A stretch of DNA of 64,000 bases from contig OX597839.1 in NCBI GenBank assembly GCA_951406725.2, positions 8,184,001 to 8,248,000 of the forward strand, given 5' to 3'. The DNA comes from Octopus vulgaris (taxonomy: Eukaryota). Shown here in pieces: positions 1-14,298 of the stretch (the stretch's first letter is position 1; every line of letters starts with the position of its first letter). A model generated the notes under the pieces. The model did not search any database. It saw nothing but the letters and a program-made list of their open reading frames with translations, and was not told the DNA's origin. The position numbers and the translations under genes were made by a program.

Positions 1-230
1 ATCGCAAGATTGTGATTTCGATTCCCGGACCGGGGAGGGGTTCACCTTCCTCCTTCTGCTTCTTCTTCTTCCCTACCAATAATTCACAACGACCTCAAAC
101 CCACAAGAGTAAACAAGAGAGACAGAGACAGGCAGAAACAAGGAAAATGCCACTTGTATTTGAACACCATACAAATCATTTTTTTTTTTTAACTTTTCTA
201 TTAATTTTTCTAAATTTAATTGTTTAATTG

Positions 231-272
231 TTACAGTTGAAAAAGTCTCAATGACTGAAACCGGTACTGAAA
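231..272 (+). ncRNA. Minimal type I hammerhead ribozyme, U3-A8 core variant (Penelope-type)
   Basis: cag-TTGAAAA-agtc(tcaat)gact-GAAA-ccgg-TA-ctg. Stem I cag/ctg, stem II agtc/gact, palindromic stem III CCGG, GUA cleavage triplet. C3U is paired with G8A. Confidence 0.7.
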
Positions 273-319
273 TGATTTTATAAAATTATTTTAGCATTTT
301 CTATCTTGACTTTTTTTCC

Positions 320-597
<278 letters not shown>

Positions 598-605
598 TAT
601 ACATA

Positions 606-732
606 CGCGACGGGCTTCTTTCAGTTTCCAAAGCAACTCACAAACTTTGGTCGGTACGAGGCTATAGTAAAAGACTCTTGCTCAAGAGAGAACTGAATCC
701 AGAACCATGGGAAGCTTCTTACCACACAGCCA
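606..732 (-). mobile_element. Bipartite SINE (family C), degenerate left arm
   Basis: cgacgggcttctttcagtttcc...cttaccacacagcca matches the reverse complement of the 24235 and 35152 copies. Confidence 0.75.
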
Positions 733-1220
733 GTGGAGGCTGGTTTATCTAGGCCACCTATAAGCCAACCTGTTCTTCTGATTTTCCAGATGAGAAGATG
801 CGTGCTTTGAAAGAAATGCGATTTCGCTGTTACTTCTAGCTGGTCGAAAGTACACGTGGATGCGCCCTACTTTTTGTGTGAATGTGAGCGCTCTCGAAAA
901 CAAGTGCGCGCTTGTATGAATGGTACGTACTCATATGTGTCTACGAGCTTCTGAGAGCGTACGCGTGTATGATATTGCGAATATGATTTATAAATGATTT
1001 ATTATGTTCACTGGCAAAAATTCCAGTTTACATTGGAACACAAAGGCACAGTACACTGTATCAGTTGTTAGTTCATGTTTAGAATATATTTGATAAGTCA
1101 TCGGCTTAGATAAAAGTTAATTTATTATTTAATCCTAATGTATGTATATAAACAGACAAAAAACACAAAATACGTGTATGTGTATATATATATATATATA
1201 TATAATATATTGTATATTAG

Positions 1221-1264
<44 letters not shown>

Positions 1265-1461
1265 CATATACATATACATACACACACACATATATATATA
1301 TATGTATATACATGCAGGTCTGTGAATACATACGCTCATCTAGCATACACAAATACATGTATACATGTGTATACAAATATGTATATAACTCTTTATACAT
1401 ATACATATATGCATACTAATAAATATTTTTACGTGTATATATATGTGTGTTTATATGCACA

Positions 1462-2112
1462 TATGTATGTATGTACGTACGTATGCACGTATGCATTTAT
1501 GTATGTATGTACTTATGCATGTATGTACGTATGTATGTATGTATGTATGTATTTATGTATGAATGTATGTATTTATGTATGAATGTATGTATTTATGTAT
1601 GTATGTATGTATGTATGTATGTATGTATGTATGTATGCATGTATGCATGTATGTATGTATTTATGTATGTATGTATGTATGCATGTATGTATGTATTTAT
1701 GTATGTATGTATTTATGTATGTATGTATTTATGTATGTATGCATGTATGTATGTATTTATGTATGTATATATGTATGTATGCATGTATGCATGTATGTAT
1801 GTATGTATGCATGTATGTATGTATGTATGTACGTATGTATGCATGTATGTATGTACGTATGTATGCATGTATGCATGTATGTATGCATGTATGTATGTAT
1901 GAATGTATGTATTTATGTATGTATGTATGTATGTATGCATGTATGCATGTATGTATGTATTTATGTATGTATGTATTTATGTATGTATGTATTTATGTAT
2001 GTATGCATGTATGTATGTATTTATGTATGCATGTATGTATGTATGTATGTATGTATATATGCATGTATTTATGTATGTATGTATGTATGTATGTATGTAT
2101 GAATGTATGTAT
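1462..2112. repeat. (TATG)n degenerate tetranucleotide repeat
   Basis: Continuous gtat/gcat/ttat units. Confidence 0.95.
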
Positions 2113-2390
2113 ACGCATTGATTGTGTTTGGAGTAAATTTGACAATGATTTGTCATCTGTTCGGGAACAGTTTCATATATTGGTGAATAGTCGACGGCGT
2201 TGGAGAGCATAAAGATTTAAGTTGTAGCTGGGAAAAAGTTAGCTAACATGGAGGACTGGAAGCCATCTGAATATTGGAAAAGTGTTATATGTATCATGAT
2301 GATTCGCGCTGGGTGTCAAAATGCTGATATGATAACTGCTGTTTAATGTTCTGTGAACACTGTAGAGGTCATAAGAATTGACATGGACGT

Positions 2391-3160
2391 CATGAAGACC
2401 AATTCTCCCAACAGGGATCAGCTTTTGGTTTGTCTCTAGTAAGGGTGACGTCATGCTGCCCAACGACTTTGAAGAAGACCTTAGGTTCAATTCAGACGAC
2501 TATGTGAAGCTGCTGGAAACTTTGGTGTTAAAATTCTGGCTGAAAAGGGTTACTGCTGGAAGGCTTCATGTTTGACAGCAGGATTCGGCTCCTTGCAATA
2601 CTTACTTGTACTTGTGGCGACATTCACCCTGGGCGGGTTGAGTCGGTTTCTTCTACCACCCTCGAGGCATCTCACAGAAGTTGGAAGACGTTTCGTCGGA
2701 ATATGTGGATTTCACAAGTGGTCCCCAACAATCCCGCATGTAGAGACGTCATGTTTGCCGCAGATTGTCCGCAGACGCAGGGACACAACGACCGAGTAGC
2801 CGTCAGTTGCCGAAGCAGACACTCCGAGGATTTTCACCAGAGTTGTGGCCCTAATACCACTCGGTGTCAGACCAATCCGCCTTGGGTGACCCTACCAGGA
2901 ACCGAAGTTCCCGACGGCATAGCTCTGACACTACCCGTTGCCAGCGTCCCCACCACGGTGAGGAGGGGATGGTCTTTGGGGACGGAATAGCTCCTGAAAG
3001 AGTGAGAAGTGTTTGTCAGCGAATTTCTACAATTTCACTAGCATCTATTTCTGGCTTTGCATTTCCCCCGATTGAGGTCCCAAGGGTTAATAAGCGTGGG
3101 GAGCGGTTGAGAATGACACCAACAGCTTTACCTGCAGCACTAAGGCCAAGATTAAGGCCA
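2391..3160 (+). pseudogene. Tc1/mariner-superfamily transposase remnant (DDD/E domain), interrupted by an RTE-derived element
   Basis: Conceptual translation SSKGDVMLP..LRFNSDDYVKLLET..WLKRVTAGR..QQDSAPC, then after the insertion KSEKCLSANFYNFT..FW..SPD..WGAVENDTN. Contains stops and frameshifts. Confidence 0.75.
2601..2985 (-). mobile_element. Internally deleted non-autonomous RTE element (5' UTR fused to 3' end)
   Basis: 2601-2673 matches the RTE 3' end and (CAAGTA)n tail at 27462-27540. The other end carries the RTE/BovB-like 5' UTR motif GAGCTATGCCG...AGGGTCACCCAAGGCGGA. Flanked by AATA. Confidence 0.7.
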
Positions 3161-3254
3161 TGTCCGAAGACGAAAAGGACGGACGAAAGATGGTAAGCAT
3201 TTTACTCGGCCTGCTAACGTTTCTACCAGCTCGCCGCCTCAAGGATAATAATAA

Positions 3255-3615
3255 TCCTTTCTACTGTAGGCACAAGGCCTGAAATTTCGAGTTTGGGGGA
3301 ACGAGTCGATTACATCGACCCAGTGTTTCACTGGTACTAATTTTATCGACCCCGAAAGGATGAAAGGCAAAGTCCACCTCGGCGGAATTTGAACTCAAAA
3401 CGTAGGGGCAGACGAAATACCTATTTCTTTACTACCCACAAGGGGCTAAACACAGAGGGGACAAACAAGGACAGACAAACGGATTAAGCCGATTATATCG
3501 ACCCCAGTGCGTAACTGGTACTTAATTAATCGACCCCGAAATGATGAAAGGCAAAGTCGACCTCGGCGGAATTTGAACTCAGAACGTAGCAGCAGACGAA
3601 ATACCACTAAGCATC
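3255..3615 (-). mobile_element. SINE family A dimer with mixed tail types
   Basis: Two units with a B box (GAGTTCAAATTC) and the GCCTTTCATCC..GGGGTCGAT core. The terminal unit ends in ccttgtgcctacagtagaaagga(tta)n. Confidence 0.85.
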
Positions 3616-3759
3616 TTTGCCGCTTTCTCAATAAGGATAACAACAACAACAACAATAACAACAACAACAACAACAACAACAATGATAATAATAATGATAA
3701 TAATAATTACAATAATAATAATAAAAATAATAATGAAGTAGGTTGACAAATATATTTTT

Positions 3760-3798
3760 TGAACCAGTTGAAGACACGAGATGCCGAAATATCGTTCA
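3760..3798 (+). ncRNA. Degenerate hammerhead-like motif
   Basis: tgaac-CAGTTGAA-gaca(cgaga)tgcc-GAAA-ta-TC-gttca. 5-bp stem I and the same architecture as the CUGUUGAA family, but with core mutations. Lies in an island within (AAT)n. Confidence 0.35.
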
Positions 3799-3833
3799 CT
3801 AGATAACAATGGCACTCTTCTTTTAATTTTGAT

Positions 3834-3874
<41 letters not shown>

Positions 3875-4356
3875 TTATGTTATTTTTGGCAGAAGGCCTC
3901 TCGAGCCCAGAGTGTTAAAAAGGCCAAAAATTGAAATCAGAATGCGTAGTAGGTAACTTTTTCTTCGACCCTAATATGTAACTGGTACTTCTTAACAGCC
4001 TGACAAGTGAGAATTCCTTCGCGATTGAAAATCAGAAATGTAAATAGCAAATAAATTTTGCCAGCCATTTTATCTGCCTCTCAATGCCGATTCGGCCACA
4101 CAAAACATCTTTAAGAATGATAATTGATTCAAATATAGGCATAAGGTCTGAAAATGAGGAAAAAAGGGAAATGGTGGATTGCTATTTTGTGCTGTATTTT
4201 ATCGATCTCAAAGGGATAAAAGGAGAGTTTGACCTCAGCGGGATTTGATCTGAGAACTTGAAGAATCGGAAATAACAACAGCAGAAACAACAACAAAAAT
4301 GATTATTAAATAATATCAATTTTATGATTCTTTAGCTTTATTGACCCCTGTTTCAA

Positions 4357-4393
<37 letters not shown>

Positions 4394-4514
4394 AGACACA
4401 CACACACACAAACACACTGAGTGAGGTTGAGCTATATTCCTTTGTGTGCTGTTTTATACTCTCCGCTTTGTTTTTTATTCATTTACTTATTGCTATTACC
4501 ATTATTAATATTAA

Positions 4515-4550
<36 letters not shown>

Positions 4551-4573
4551 CATTATTATTAATATTATTATTA

Positions 4574-4614
<41 letters not shown>

Positions 4615-5061
4615 ATTTATCTATTTATTTATATTATTTTTTTTTCCTTGTTATCTTTTTAAGGTTGCACATTTATTCCAATTATTGGTTCTGTCCACTT
4701 GGAAGGACAATGAGACCGAAACTAGTCGAATTATGTCTTATATTCTCGATCGTCTCTTTGCAGTTTTTCCCTTTGTTCTATTTCATGTGCATTTTTTCTT
4801 TCCCGCTTTTTTTTTCTGAACATATTTGTGTGGGAATACATACATACATACACATATATTTGTATGCGTATGTGTGTGCGTATATATATATATATATAAT
4901 ATATATATATATACATGTATATTTATATATATATATATATATATATAAGTACATATATATGAGCATGCATGTGTATATTTATATATATATGCATATATAT
5001 AATGATATATATATGTGTCTGTGTATGTATGTATATCTATATAAGTATATTTATGAGTGTG

Positions 5062-5101
<40 letters not shown>

Positions 5102-5159
5102 CATATACATGTGCATATACATATATATATATGAGTATATGAATATTCGTGTTTACATA

Positions 5160-5207
<48 letters not shown>

Positions 5208-5237
5208 TATATGTGTATACATGCAGACACACATACT

Positions 5238-5274
<37 letters not shown>

Positions 5275-5907
5275 GAAAGAGATATATGTACGCACACATT
5301 CACATATGCACACAAGCATGTACACATGCGCACACACCGCCATCCATCCCTCCTCTCATCCATCCAACCACACATGTACACACACGCGTACAACGACGCC
5401 TTTTGTTATTACTATCTGTTTATATTTGTTTATTTATTTAACATTTCTTCTCTTTTGTAGCGGTTATGATGGCCATAGTGTTTAGGATTCGCTTTGTATT
5501 TCCTTAATTTCCTATGTCAGGATCACCTGGGACAGTTAAAAGAACGCGCTCTTTCAAGCCAAGCCAGCAGCCACGGAAAAAAGGGCATAATGAAACAGAC
5601 CCTATAGCCAAGTCGCAATTGGTGTATATTATATGGCGTTATATAATAATATAATATCTCTTATGTAACATAAAGTTTATTGTTTGGGCAGCAGCTAGGA
5701 AATAATGAAGAGTTAATGTCTAAAACGTCCAGCGAGAAAATTACGTCCACTTCAGTTTAATAACCGACCGCTATACGTGTAGGTGTAGGCGTGTGGATAC
5801 ATACATACACACACGTACACATATAATATACATATACGCACGCATACATACATACATATATATATATATGTATGTATGTCTATATACATAAATATATATA
5901 TATATAC

Positions 5908-5959
<52 letters not shown>

Positions 5960-6005
5960 ATATACATATATATATATATATATATACATACTCACACACA
6001 CACAC

Positions 6006-6038
<33 letters not shown>

Positions 6039-6319
6039 TAATATCCATACTTCTATGTATTAATATATCTCTGCTCATCCGCGTACATTTGTTTGTATAT
6101 CCGTCTTATAGAAGTGACCATATATGTGTGTGTGTGCGTATGTGTGTATAGATAGACAAATATATCTATATGTGGGTGTATATATTCTCATGCGTGTACA
6201 CACACACACACACATATGTATAAACACACGCACATATGCAGACATGCGCACATCTATAAACACATTGCGAAATGACGCGGGAGAAGTCAGATCATAAAGG
6301 AATTTGATAATCGTGCGCA

Positions 6320-6680
6320 ATGATGACGACTACGACGACGACGATGATGATGATGATGACGATGATGACGATGATGATGACGATGATGACGATGATGATG
6401 ATGATGACGACGATGATGATGATGATGACGATGATGACGATGATGATGATGATGACGATGACGATGATGATGATGACGATGATGACGATGATGATGACGA
6501 TGATGACGATGATGATGATGATGACGATGATGATGATGATGATGACGATGATGACGATGATGATGACGATGATGATGATGATGATGACGATGATGATGAT
6601 GATGATGACGATGATGACGATGATGATGACGATGATGATGAAGATGATGAAGATGATGATGATGATGAAGAGGATGATCG
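6320..6680. repeat. (GAT/GAC)n trinucleotide repeat
   Basis: Source of the poly-D, poly-H and poly-M pseudo-ORFs. Confidence 0.95.
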
Positions 6681-6741
6681 TGATGGTTCTGTTTTGTTGA
6701 TGTTGTTCGAGGTGAAGGAGTATAAATGATGAGCATGAAGG

Positions 6742-6773
<32 letters not shown>

Positions 6774-7747
6774 GCGATGATGATGATGATGATGATGGTG
6801 ATGACGAGAGGAAGAAAAAAGGGGGAAGAATCGGAGTTAACATACCCGTGGTCAAGGTGAAAAGTGACGTAAGCGACGGGATTGTTGTGCGGGGTGGTGG
6901 TGGTGATGGTGGTGGTGGTGGTTTCGGGTGGAAGTGAAGGTGGTATGGTGGTGGTGGTGGTTTTGGTAAATGCAGGGTGGGAAGGTGGGTGATTCGTGTC
7001 CAGTTCATTGTTTTCTTTGATGTTGTCGGCATTTGCGATATTTCCTGATATTCAGAGGTGGAGAGGCGTCGCTGCAGATGGTGGCGGTTACAAGCATCAG
7101 TCTGTGTTTCCTGGTGGTGGTGGTGGTGGTGGTAGCGGTCTTAGTGGTGACCCTGGTGATGGTGCTGATCGTAGTGGTATGGTGGTGGTGGTGGTGGTGA
7201 CGAGGGTCACGACATGGGTATTGGAATTGGTGTGAAACGTTAATTCTTCCATTAAGTTCGCCTCATCTAAGATTGAACGTTATTTTCAGTGGCCGCCATT
7301 TTTAATACTTCAACGCATATCGCATTGCGCGCATTTATGTATGCGTGCATGCGTGTGTGTGTGTGTGTGTGTGCGTGTAAGAGCGAGAGAGAGAGTATAT
7401 GTGTGTAGATGTGTGTGTATGTGTGTGTGCGGGAGCGTGTGTGTCGGTAATCTGTAATGATGTAATGTGATATTATATAATATAATATATTATAAAGTGG
7501 GTATTGACCGCCATTGCAATCTTGGCGTTGTTATTTGTTCGATGATATTCCTGGCCCCACCCCACCCGCCCTCCTCCCACAATTTTATCATTGCTCGAAT
7601 CTTGTTATGCGCCATGTTCAATGTGGTCTCCGTGTGCATGTGCGCGCGCGTGTGTATATATAGGTATGAATGTATGTACATGTCTGTGTATATATATATA
7701 CCTCCGTATATATATATATATATATATATATAAATATATATATATAG

Positions 7748-7778
<31 letters not shown>

Positions 7779-7970
7779 CGCATGTATGTATATATTCGCG
7801 TATATACAGATACATTATATATAGATATCTATATACACATATGTATATATATATGTATATGTATATATATATATTTGTGTGTGTATATATATATATACAT
7901 AAATTATATATCTATCTATCTATCTATCTATATATATATATACATCTATATACTTATATATATATACATA

Positions 7971-8010
<40 letters not shown>

Positions 8011-8015
8011 TATGC

Positions 8016-8195
<180 letters not shown>

Positions 8196-9971
8196 CTGTA
8201 TGCAAGCTTGTGTATATGCATTCTCATATTCGTAAAATATACTCTCCTCATATACAAGTGTGTGTTCATGTGTGTGTGCATGTACCTATGTATTTATATA
8301 TGTATGAATGTATGTTTCCTATATTGCCCGTCATTCACGTGTACAAAACGTCATAGCCAACAACGAAGCCGTAGACAATGGAACATTCTTTACACTATAC
8401 CCATCCATTCGGTCCCTGAACATTCAGCAGAATGGGAAATTAGGGCAATAATAGGGGATATTCCTCTTGATATTGTAAATGACAATTAGAGAGAAAGAAT
8501 GAGAGAGAGAGATTGAGAGTGAGATGAAATGAAAGAGCATCAGAGAGAGAAAAAGAGAGAGAGACAGAGAAAAGAATAAGAGAAAGATAAGGAGAAATAA
8601 TAAAAGAAAAGAGAGACAAAGGGTAGAATTTTTATCCATTTTCATCTATTTTCTTTGCTATCCTATGAACCAGACATCTACCCGAACACCACCCTCTTTC
8701 TACCCTGCCTTTTGAGCAGCATCTCTTTCATCACTCTTCGTGACCACCCCAGCTTGTGATCAGGATGACTAGCCTCACCATCCATACTTGGCCATCGGTA
8801 AGTATTGACCATCATCAACTAACCAATACAGTCGGGACCCCATCATTAATTCCTTCACTACTGAACCCCCCGCCACTCCACTGCACCTTCCATTGATCAA
8901 TATCTTCAAAACCACTACTACCCGTTAAACACCTCCACCAGCTTACAACCACTCAGCTGCCACCTTCTCTTCACCACCATACCACCACCACCACCACCAT
9001 TACCACACCCACCACTCGGCCATCACCTTCAGAACGCCAACACTAAATTAATACCACTCACTCAGCACCTTCTCACGGTGACCATCACCACTCGTCACCT
9101 TATGAGGACCACAACCACATTCTGGAATTGTACCCCCGCCTCCCCCACCAAACCAACTCTACCACCGCCCGATTTTCTCCATCTTTAGATGACCACATCA
9201 TCACCGCCACCATACCACCACCGCCACCACCACTACCACCGCCACCGCCATCACAACCACCACCACCGCCACCACTATCATCATCCTTCAATCCCACCGC
9301 CCGCCACAACCTCACAACGACACTCCATAGTACCACACATTCACCACAACACATCCCCGTCAAATACCACCACCACTCCACCGCCGCCACCACCTCCCTT
9401 CCACCATAACTCTCTACTCTACCACCACCACCAACGCCACCACCACCGACCAGAATCACCACCACCAAGGATTTCTGACCACTCACATCATCTCTTCATC
9501 TTTTCACCTCTCACCTTTACTCCACCTCACACTGCTCCCCACCAACAAAACACAGGCAATTGTCCACCTCGGAAACGTTAACCTTCATCGCTCTTCTTCT
9601 TCTTCTTCTCTTCTTCCTCCCTTCTTCCTCCTTTTCTCCTTCACATTAGTCTCAGTCTGCTTGTGCTACGGTTTTATTAGACTGAAGGGAGAAAAACAAC
9701 TGGGGTAACCACCACCCCCTTACTTGGGGAAATCAACTTAATATATAACCACAACAACACAAACAACAAGAGGCTTTTTCTGAGCAAAAACCAAATTGTG
9801 CACCATTTTTATACATGAAAATATCTCTTTGTCACGTAACAACCGACATCTTTGCCATTTTTTCTTTGTTTTTGTTTTGTTTTGTATTTTGTTTTTTGTT
9901 TTTTTTTTTGCTTTTTTTGCATTGTTGCTGTACTTTTAGTCATTGCTCATTTTTGCTTATTTCTTTATCGT

Positions 9972-10475
<504 letters not shown>

Positions 10476-11059
10476 GGTTGTTGTTGCTTATGTTGTTTTT
10501 CTTCTTATTGTTGTTCTTTTGGGGTAGCGTTGTTCTTGTTTTCTCTTTCTTTTTCTGTTTTCTGCGCCTAGTTTTGTCTTTTTTTTTCGTTTTATATATG
10601 CTGCTTTTTTTCTTTATTTTTGTTGTTCATATTTACAGTCGCCGCTGTTTTTGATGCTTTTCTTGTCTCCCTTTAGTTTTCTCTGTTGTCTTTTATTGTT
10701 GTTATTTGTTATTTTAATCTTTTTATTATTCAGCCTCATATTTGTTTTACTTGTGGGTTCTTCCTTTTTTTATTATTTTTTTTTAGTTTTTGATTTCATG
10801 ATGTTGTCGGTCTTCTTGTACTTTAGGTGTCCATTCTTCATTTCTCTTAACTTTCAAATCCGACTGCCGTCACCCAGAGTGGTAATGGCATTAGCAGCAA
10901 GCGAACCACCCTGCTAGCACCAACACCAACCAGCACCACCAATACCACCACCTCCACCGACACTTTGATAACCAGTTAAAACTGACCAGCTCCACCTGAC
11001 CACCGCCAGGCCAGCCTTGATTTATTACAACACATAACAGATACCCGGGTACCAGTACC

Positions 11060-11283
11060 TATTTCTTTACTACCCACAAGGGGCTAAACACAGAGGGGAC
11101 AAATAAGGACAGACAAACGGATTAAGTCGATTACATCGACCCCAGTACGTACCTGGTATTTAATTTATCGACCCCGAAAGGATGAAGGCAAAGTCGACCT
11201 CGGCGGAATTTGAACTCGGAACGTAACGACAGACGAAATACGGCTACGTATTTCGCCCGGCGTGCTAACGTTCCTGCCAGCTC
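11060..11283 (-). mobile_element. SINE family A monomer (tRNA-derived)
   Basis: Head GAGCTGGCAGGAACGTTAGCACGCCGGGCGAAAT.., B box, core, and tail ending gtagtaaagaaata. Confidence 0.85.
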
Positions 11284-11560
11284 AATATAACAAAAGCAAA
11301 GTTTGAAGGAAATATTAGCCATTTTTCATACCTTCTAGAGATAAACAATTAGGAAATAACAGTTACTACGCAAGGAAAATAATCGTGTTACACAGTGAAA
11401 TCAGTTTCAAAGTAGCTTGAAGTTCATTGACAGGACGTACTCTAGAGACATCTTGGATCTCTGGATTGCTTTCGTTGTTTTTATTTTTTTATACAGTAGA
11501 AAGCATCTTGAAATAGGATTGACTTCTAAACATTCACAATGTTCCTGATATGAAGGTTGG

Positions 11561-11945
11561 GGAAGCACTCCGTCGGTTACGACGACGAGGGTTCCGGTTG
11601 ATCCGATCAACGGAACAGCCTGCTCGTGAAATTAACGTGTAAGTGGCTGAGCACTCCACAGACACGTGTACCCTTAACGTAGTTCTCGGGGATATTCAGC
11701 GTGACACAGAGAGTGACAAGGCCGGCCCTTTGAAATACAGGTACAACAGAAACAGGAAGTAAGAGTGAGAGAAAGTTGTGGTGAAAGAGTACAGCAGGGA
11801 TCACCACCATCCCCTGCCGGAGCCTCGTGGAGCTTTTTAGGTATTTTCGCTCAATAAACACTCACAACGCCCGGTCTGGGAATCGAAACCGCGATCCTAC
11901 GACCGCGAGTCCGCTGCCCTAACCACTGGGCCATTGCGCCTCCAC
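11561..11945 (-). mobile_element. SINE family B (tRNA-Arg-like head; probably octopus OR-type), full length
   Basis: Head GTGGAGGCGCAATGGCCCAGTGGTTAGGGCAGCGGACTCGCGG..GTTTCGATTCCC. Near-identical to the 42662 and 53015 copies. TSD atatgaaRgtt. Confidence 0.9.
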
Positions 11946-12460
11946 ATATGAAAGTTAGGTCCGTCATGAGCAAAGTTTCCTATACCGAGGTGAAGAAATT
12001 CACGATATCAAATTTAGCGAACTTGGACGCTGTCTTATTCTCGACAGTGCGGAACTAGAATCCCACTATAGCCTTTCTGACATGAGAGCCGATGGAATCG
12101 AATATACACTTATTTACAATGCCTAAGTCGCTCTTACAGGATTTGATTAGATTACATCTAACATTGGAAAATATATGGGGCTGTGGTTGTTATTTGTGAT
12201 ATAGAAGGACATGGAGAGACAGTTCTTACGATCTTCTATTTTTTTTTGAGAGGGTGGATAACTCCTTAGCTCTGATTTGATATAAGGTTGATTTTCTTGA
12301 ATATTTTGCTGATGTCGTATCTACGAATTCATTTGTGTGTAGAAGTGTTTGATGCGTGATTTTTTTGATTATTTTATATTTTGTTACTGAAGTTTTGTGC
12401 TTCAGGGATTATTTATGGGTTTGCATGTATCTGTTTAAAGAGTTTAGGAAGAGGGTAAAA

Positions 12461-13229
12461 GAGTGGTTCTCAACCATTTTTCATTAATAGACCCCTTTGA
12501 TTACTATCTTATTCAGGTAGAACCCCATAGCCATTCAATGTTTAAAAACTATTTTATAGAAAATTCTTCCAAAATTCCTATGTTGTTTTTCCCACATTAA
12601 CTTGTGTAGGTTGAACTATGTAAAATGTTAAGGAAAAAAAACCTAGCAGTTTCTTGAAATACATACCAATTCATACATCTAAAACAAATTTTGGGGGATC
12701 TTTTCGGTTTGACCGGCAGTTTTTTCTAGCGGTGTCATATGAAATTGTCACCCATATAATTATGACCCTAGTATCGATCTATTGCATTTCAATCTGTCTT
12801 AGGGTTAGTTAGGGTGGGGGAAGGGTGTCTTTTTTTCTTCACAAATGTAAATAAACCCAATCTGTTTCTTAAACGAGAGACATATTCATACGGCACAGAA
12901 TGCTTTTTACCCCAATAGACGTCATTGATTGGTTGAAATTGCAGAAATTGAAGAAAAAAACAACAAATATCTTACAAACTATAGAATTTTCTTAATAAAG
13001 CCAAGAGAAAAAGATGTTTTATAAACACATTCTACCAGTATACGAAGTTTAAATTTTTTTAGTTACCTAGAAATTATGTTAAAAACTGCCGTTCAAACCG
13101 AAAAGGACCATTTTTTTCAGAAGCACTTCAAAAACTATTATGGATCCGCAGTTTACTATTTTGTAGCGTGAGCCCCAAAAATTTAAATGGACCCCCAGGG
13201 TCCTCATGGATCCCGGTTGAGAATCCCAG
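12461..13229. mobile_element. hAT (Charlie-like) MITE
   Basis: Termini gagtggttctcaacc / ggttgagaatcccag resemble CAGTGGTTCTCAAC hAT TIRs. Confidence 0.6.
12695..13110. mobile_element. MITE with ~25-bp TIRs nested in the hAT MITE
   Basis: cttttcggtttgaccggcagttttt / aaaaactgccgttcaaaccgaaaag, with an internal ttagggttagttaggg. Confidence 0.8.
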
Positions 13230-13607
13230 TTAGAACAATGCCGAAGTCTTTCATTTTTTTTTTTTTTTTTTTTTTTTGAGGTTTATTAAATCAGCTTCAA
13301 AATTCTCAAGGTCTTTTAGGCTAAAGATTGCATTTCCTTGATCTGAAGCATACTTTATATACAGATGTTCTGGTGGGCAAATTTTTGCAGAAGAGGGCCT
13401 TCTAGCGCATGTTAAATGGAACTTCCTCGGTGGTTTTTCAATCTTTTTCATTGAATGTAGAAGCGGTTGTCTCTTCGTCTTTGTCTGTTTACCCTCAGTT
13501 TATGATTAAAGCTCAGCAAAAAACAAGAGCAGCTGTACGAGTGCGTGGACAGAGAAAAGAAAGTAGCACTCAATACATTTAGTTTGAGTTATCTATTTAC
13601 CGGGGGG

Positions 13608-13678
<71 letters not shown>

Positions 13679-14066
13679 ATCAAATAACAACACTCTTTCT
13701 GTTTCTCTTTCTCATATTATTTCTATTCTTTCTTCTCTTTTGTTTCTTTTTTTTTACGGATAATTCCCCTTTTGTAATTTTCTTTTCTGCTGCTCTTTTT
13801 TGTCCTTTCTTTCCTTCCCTTCCTTCCTTCCTTCCTTTCCATTTCTTTTTTTTTTCTTTCTTTCTTCATTCCTTTCTGCTTTTCTTTCGTCTCTCTTTGC
13901 TTTCTTATTTGATTCTTCCTTTCCGAATTTCTCCTTTCATTCTTCCTTCCTTCCTTCCTTCCTTTATTCCATCCACCCAACCATCCTCTCATTTCTTTCT
14001 TCCTTTGTTCTTTTATATATTTATTCATCTATCCATCCATCCATCCATCCATCCATCCATCCATCC

Positions 14067-14298
<232 letters not shown>

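Larger units (their letters stand above)
11405..13490 (-). pseudogene. Highly decayed Penelope-like element reverse transcriptase, interrupted by three insertions
   Basis: Minus-strand fragments in colinear order: LKDLENFEADLINL, LIKSCKSDLGIVNKCIFDSI, FRTVENKTASKFAKFDIVNFFTSV. These resemble PLE RT motifs (FEADL, RLINPxKSxIGxVSKxILD, KFDIVDFYPSI). Confidence 0.6.

Noticed and set aside
4690-4735. GAAACTAGTC hammerhead-like 3' half
   Set aside because: No recognisable CUGANGA and no stem I. At most a very decayed relic.
6287-7032. Poly-Asp, poly-His and poly-Pro ORFs
   Set aside because: Translations of (GAT)n and (GGT)n microsatellites with no domain or convincing splice context.
7265-7303. 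AAAATGGCGGC start or YY1-like motif on the minus strand
   Set aside because: The frame stops after 10 codons, and a single motif is insufficient to call a promoter.
12799-12816. TTAGGG telomeric repeat
   Set aside because: Only two units, internal to a MITE.
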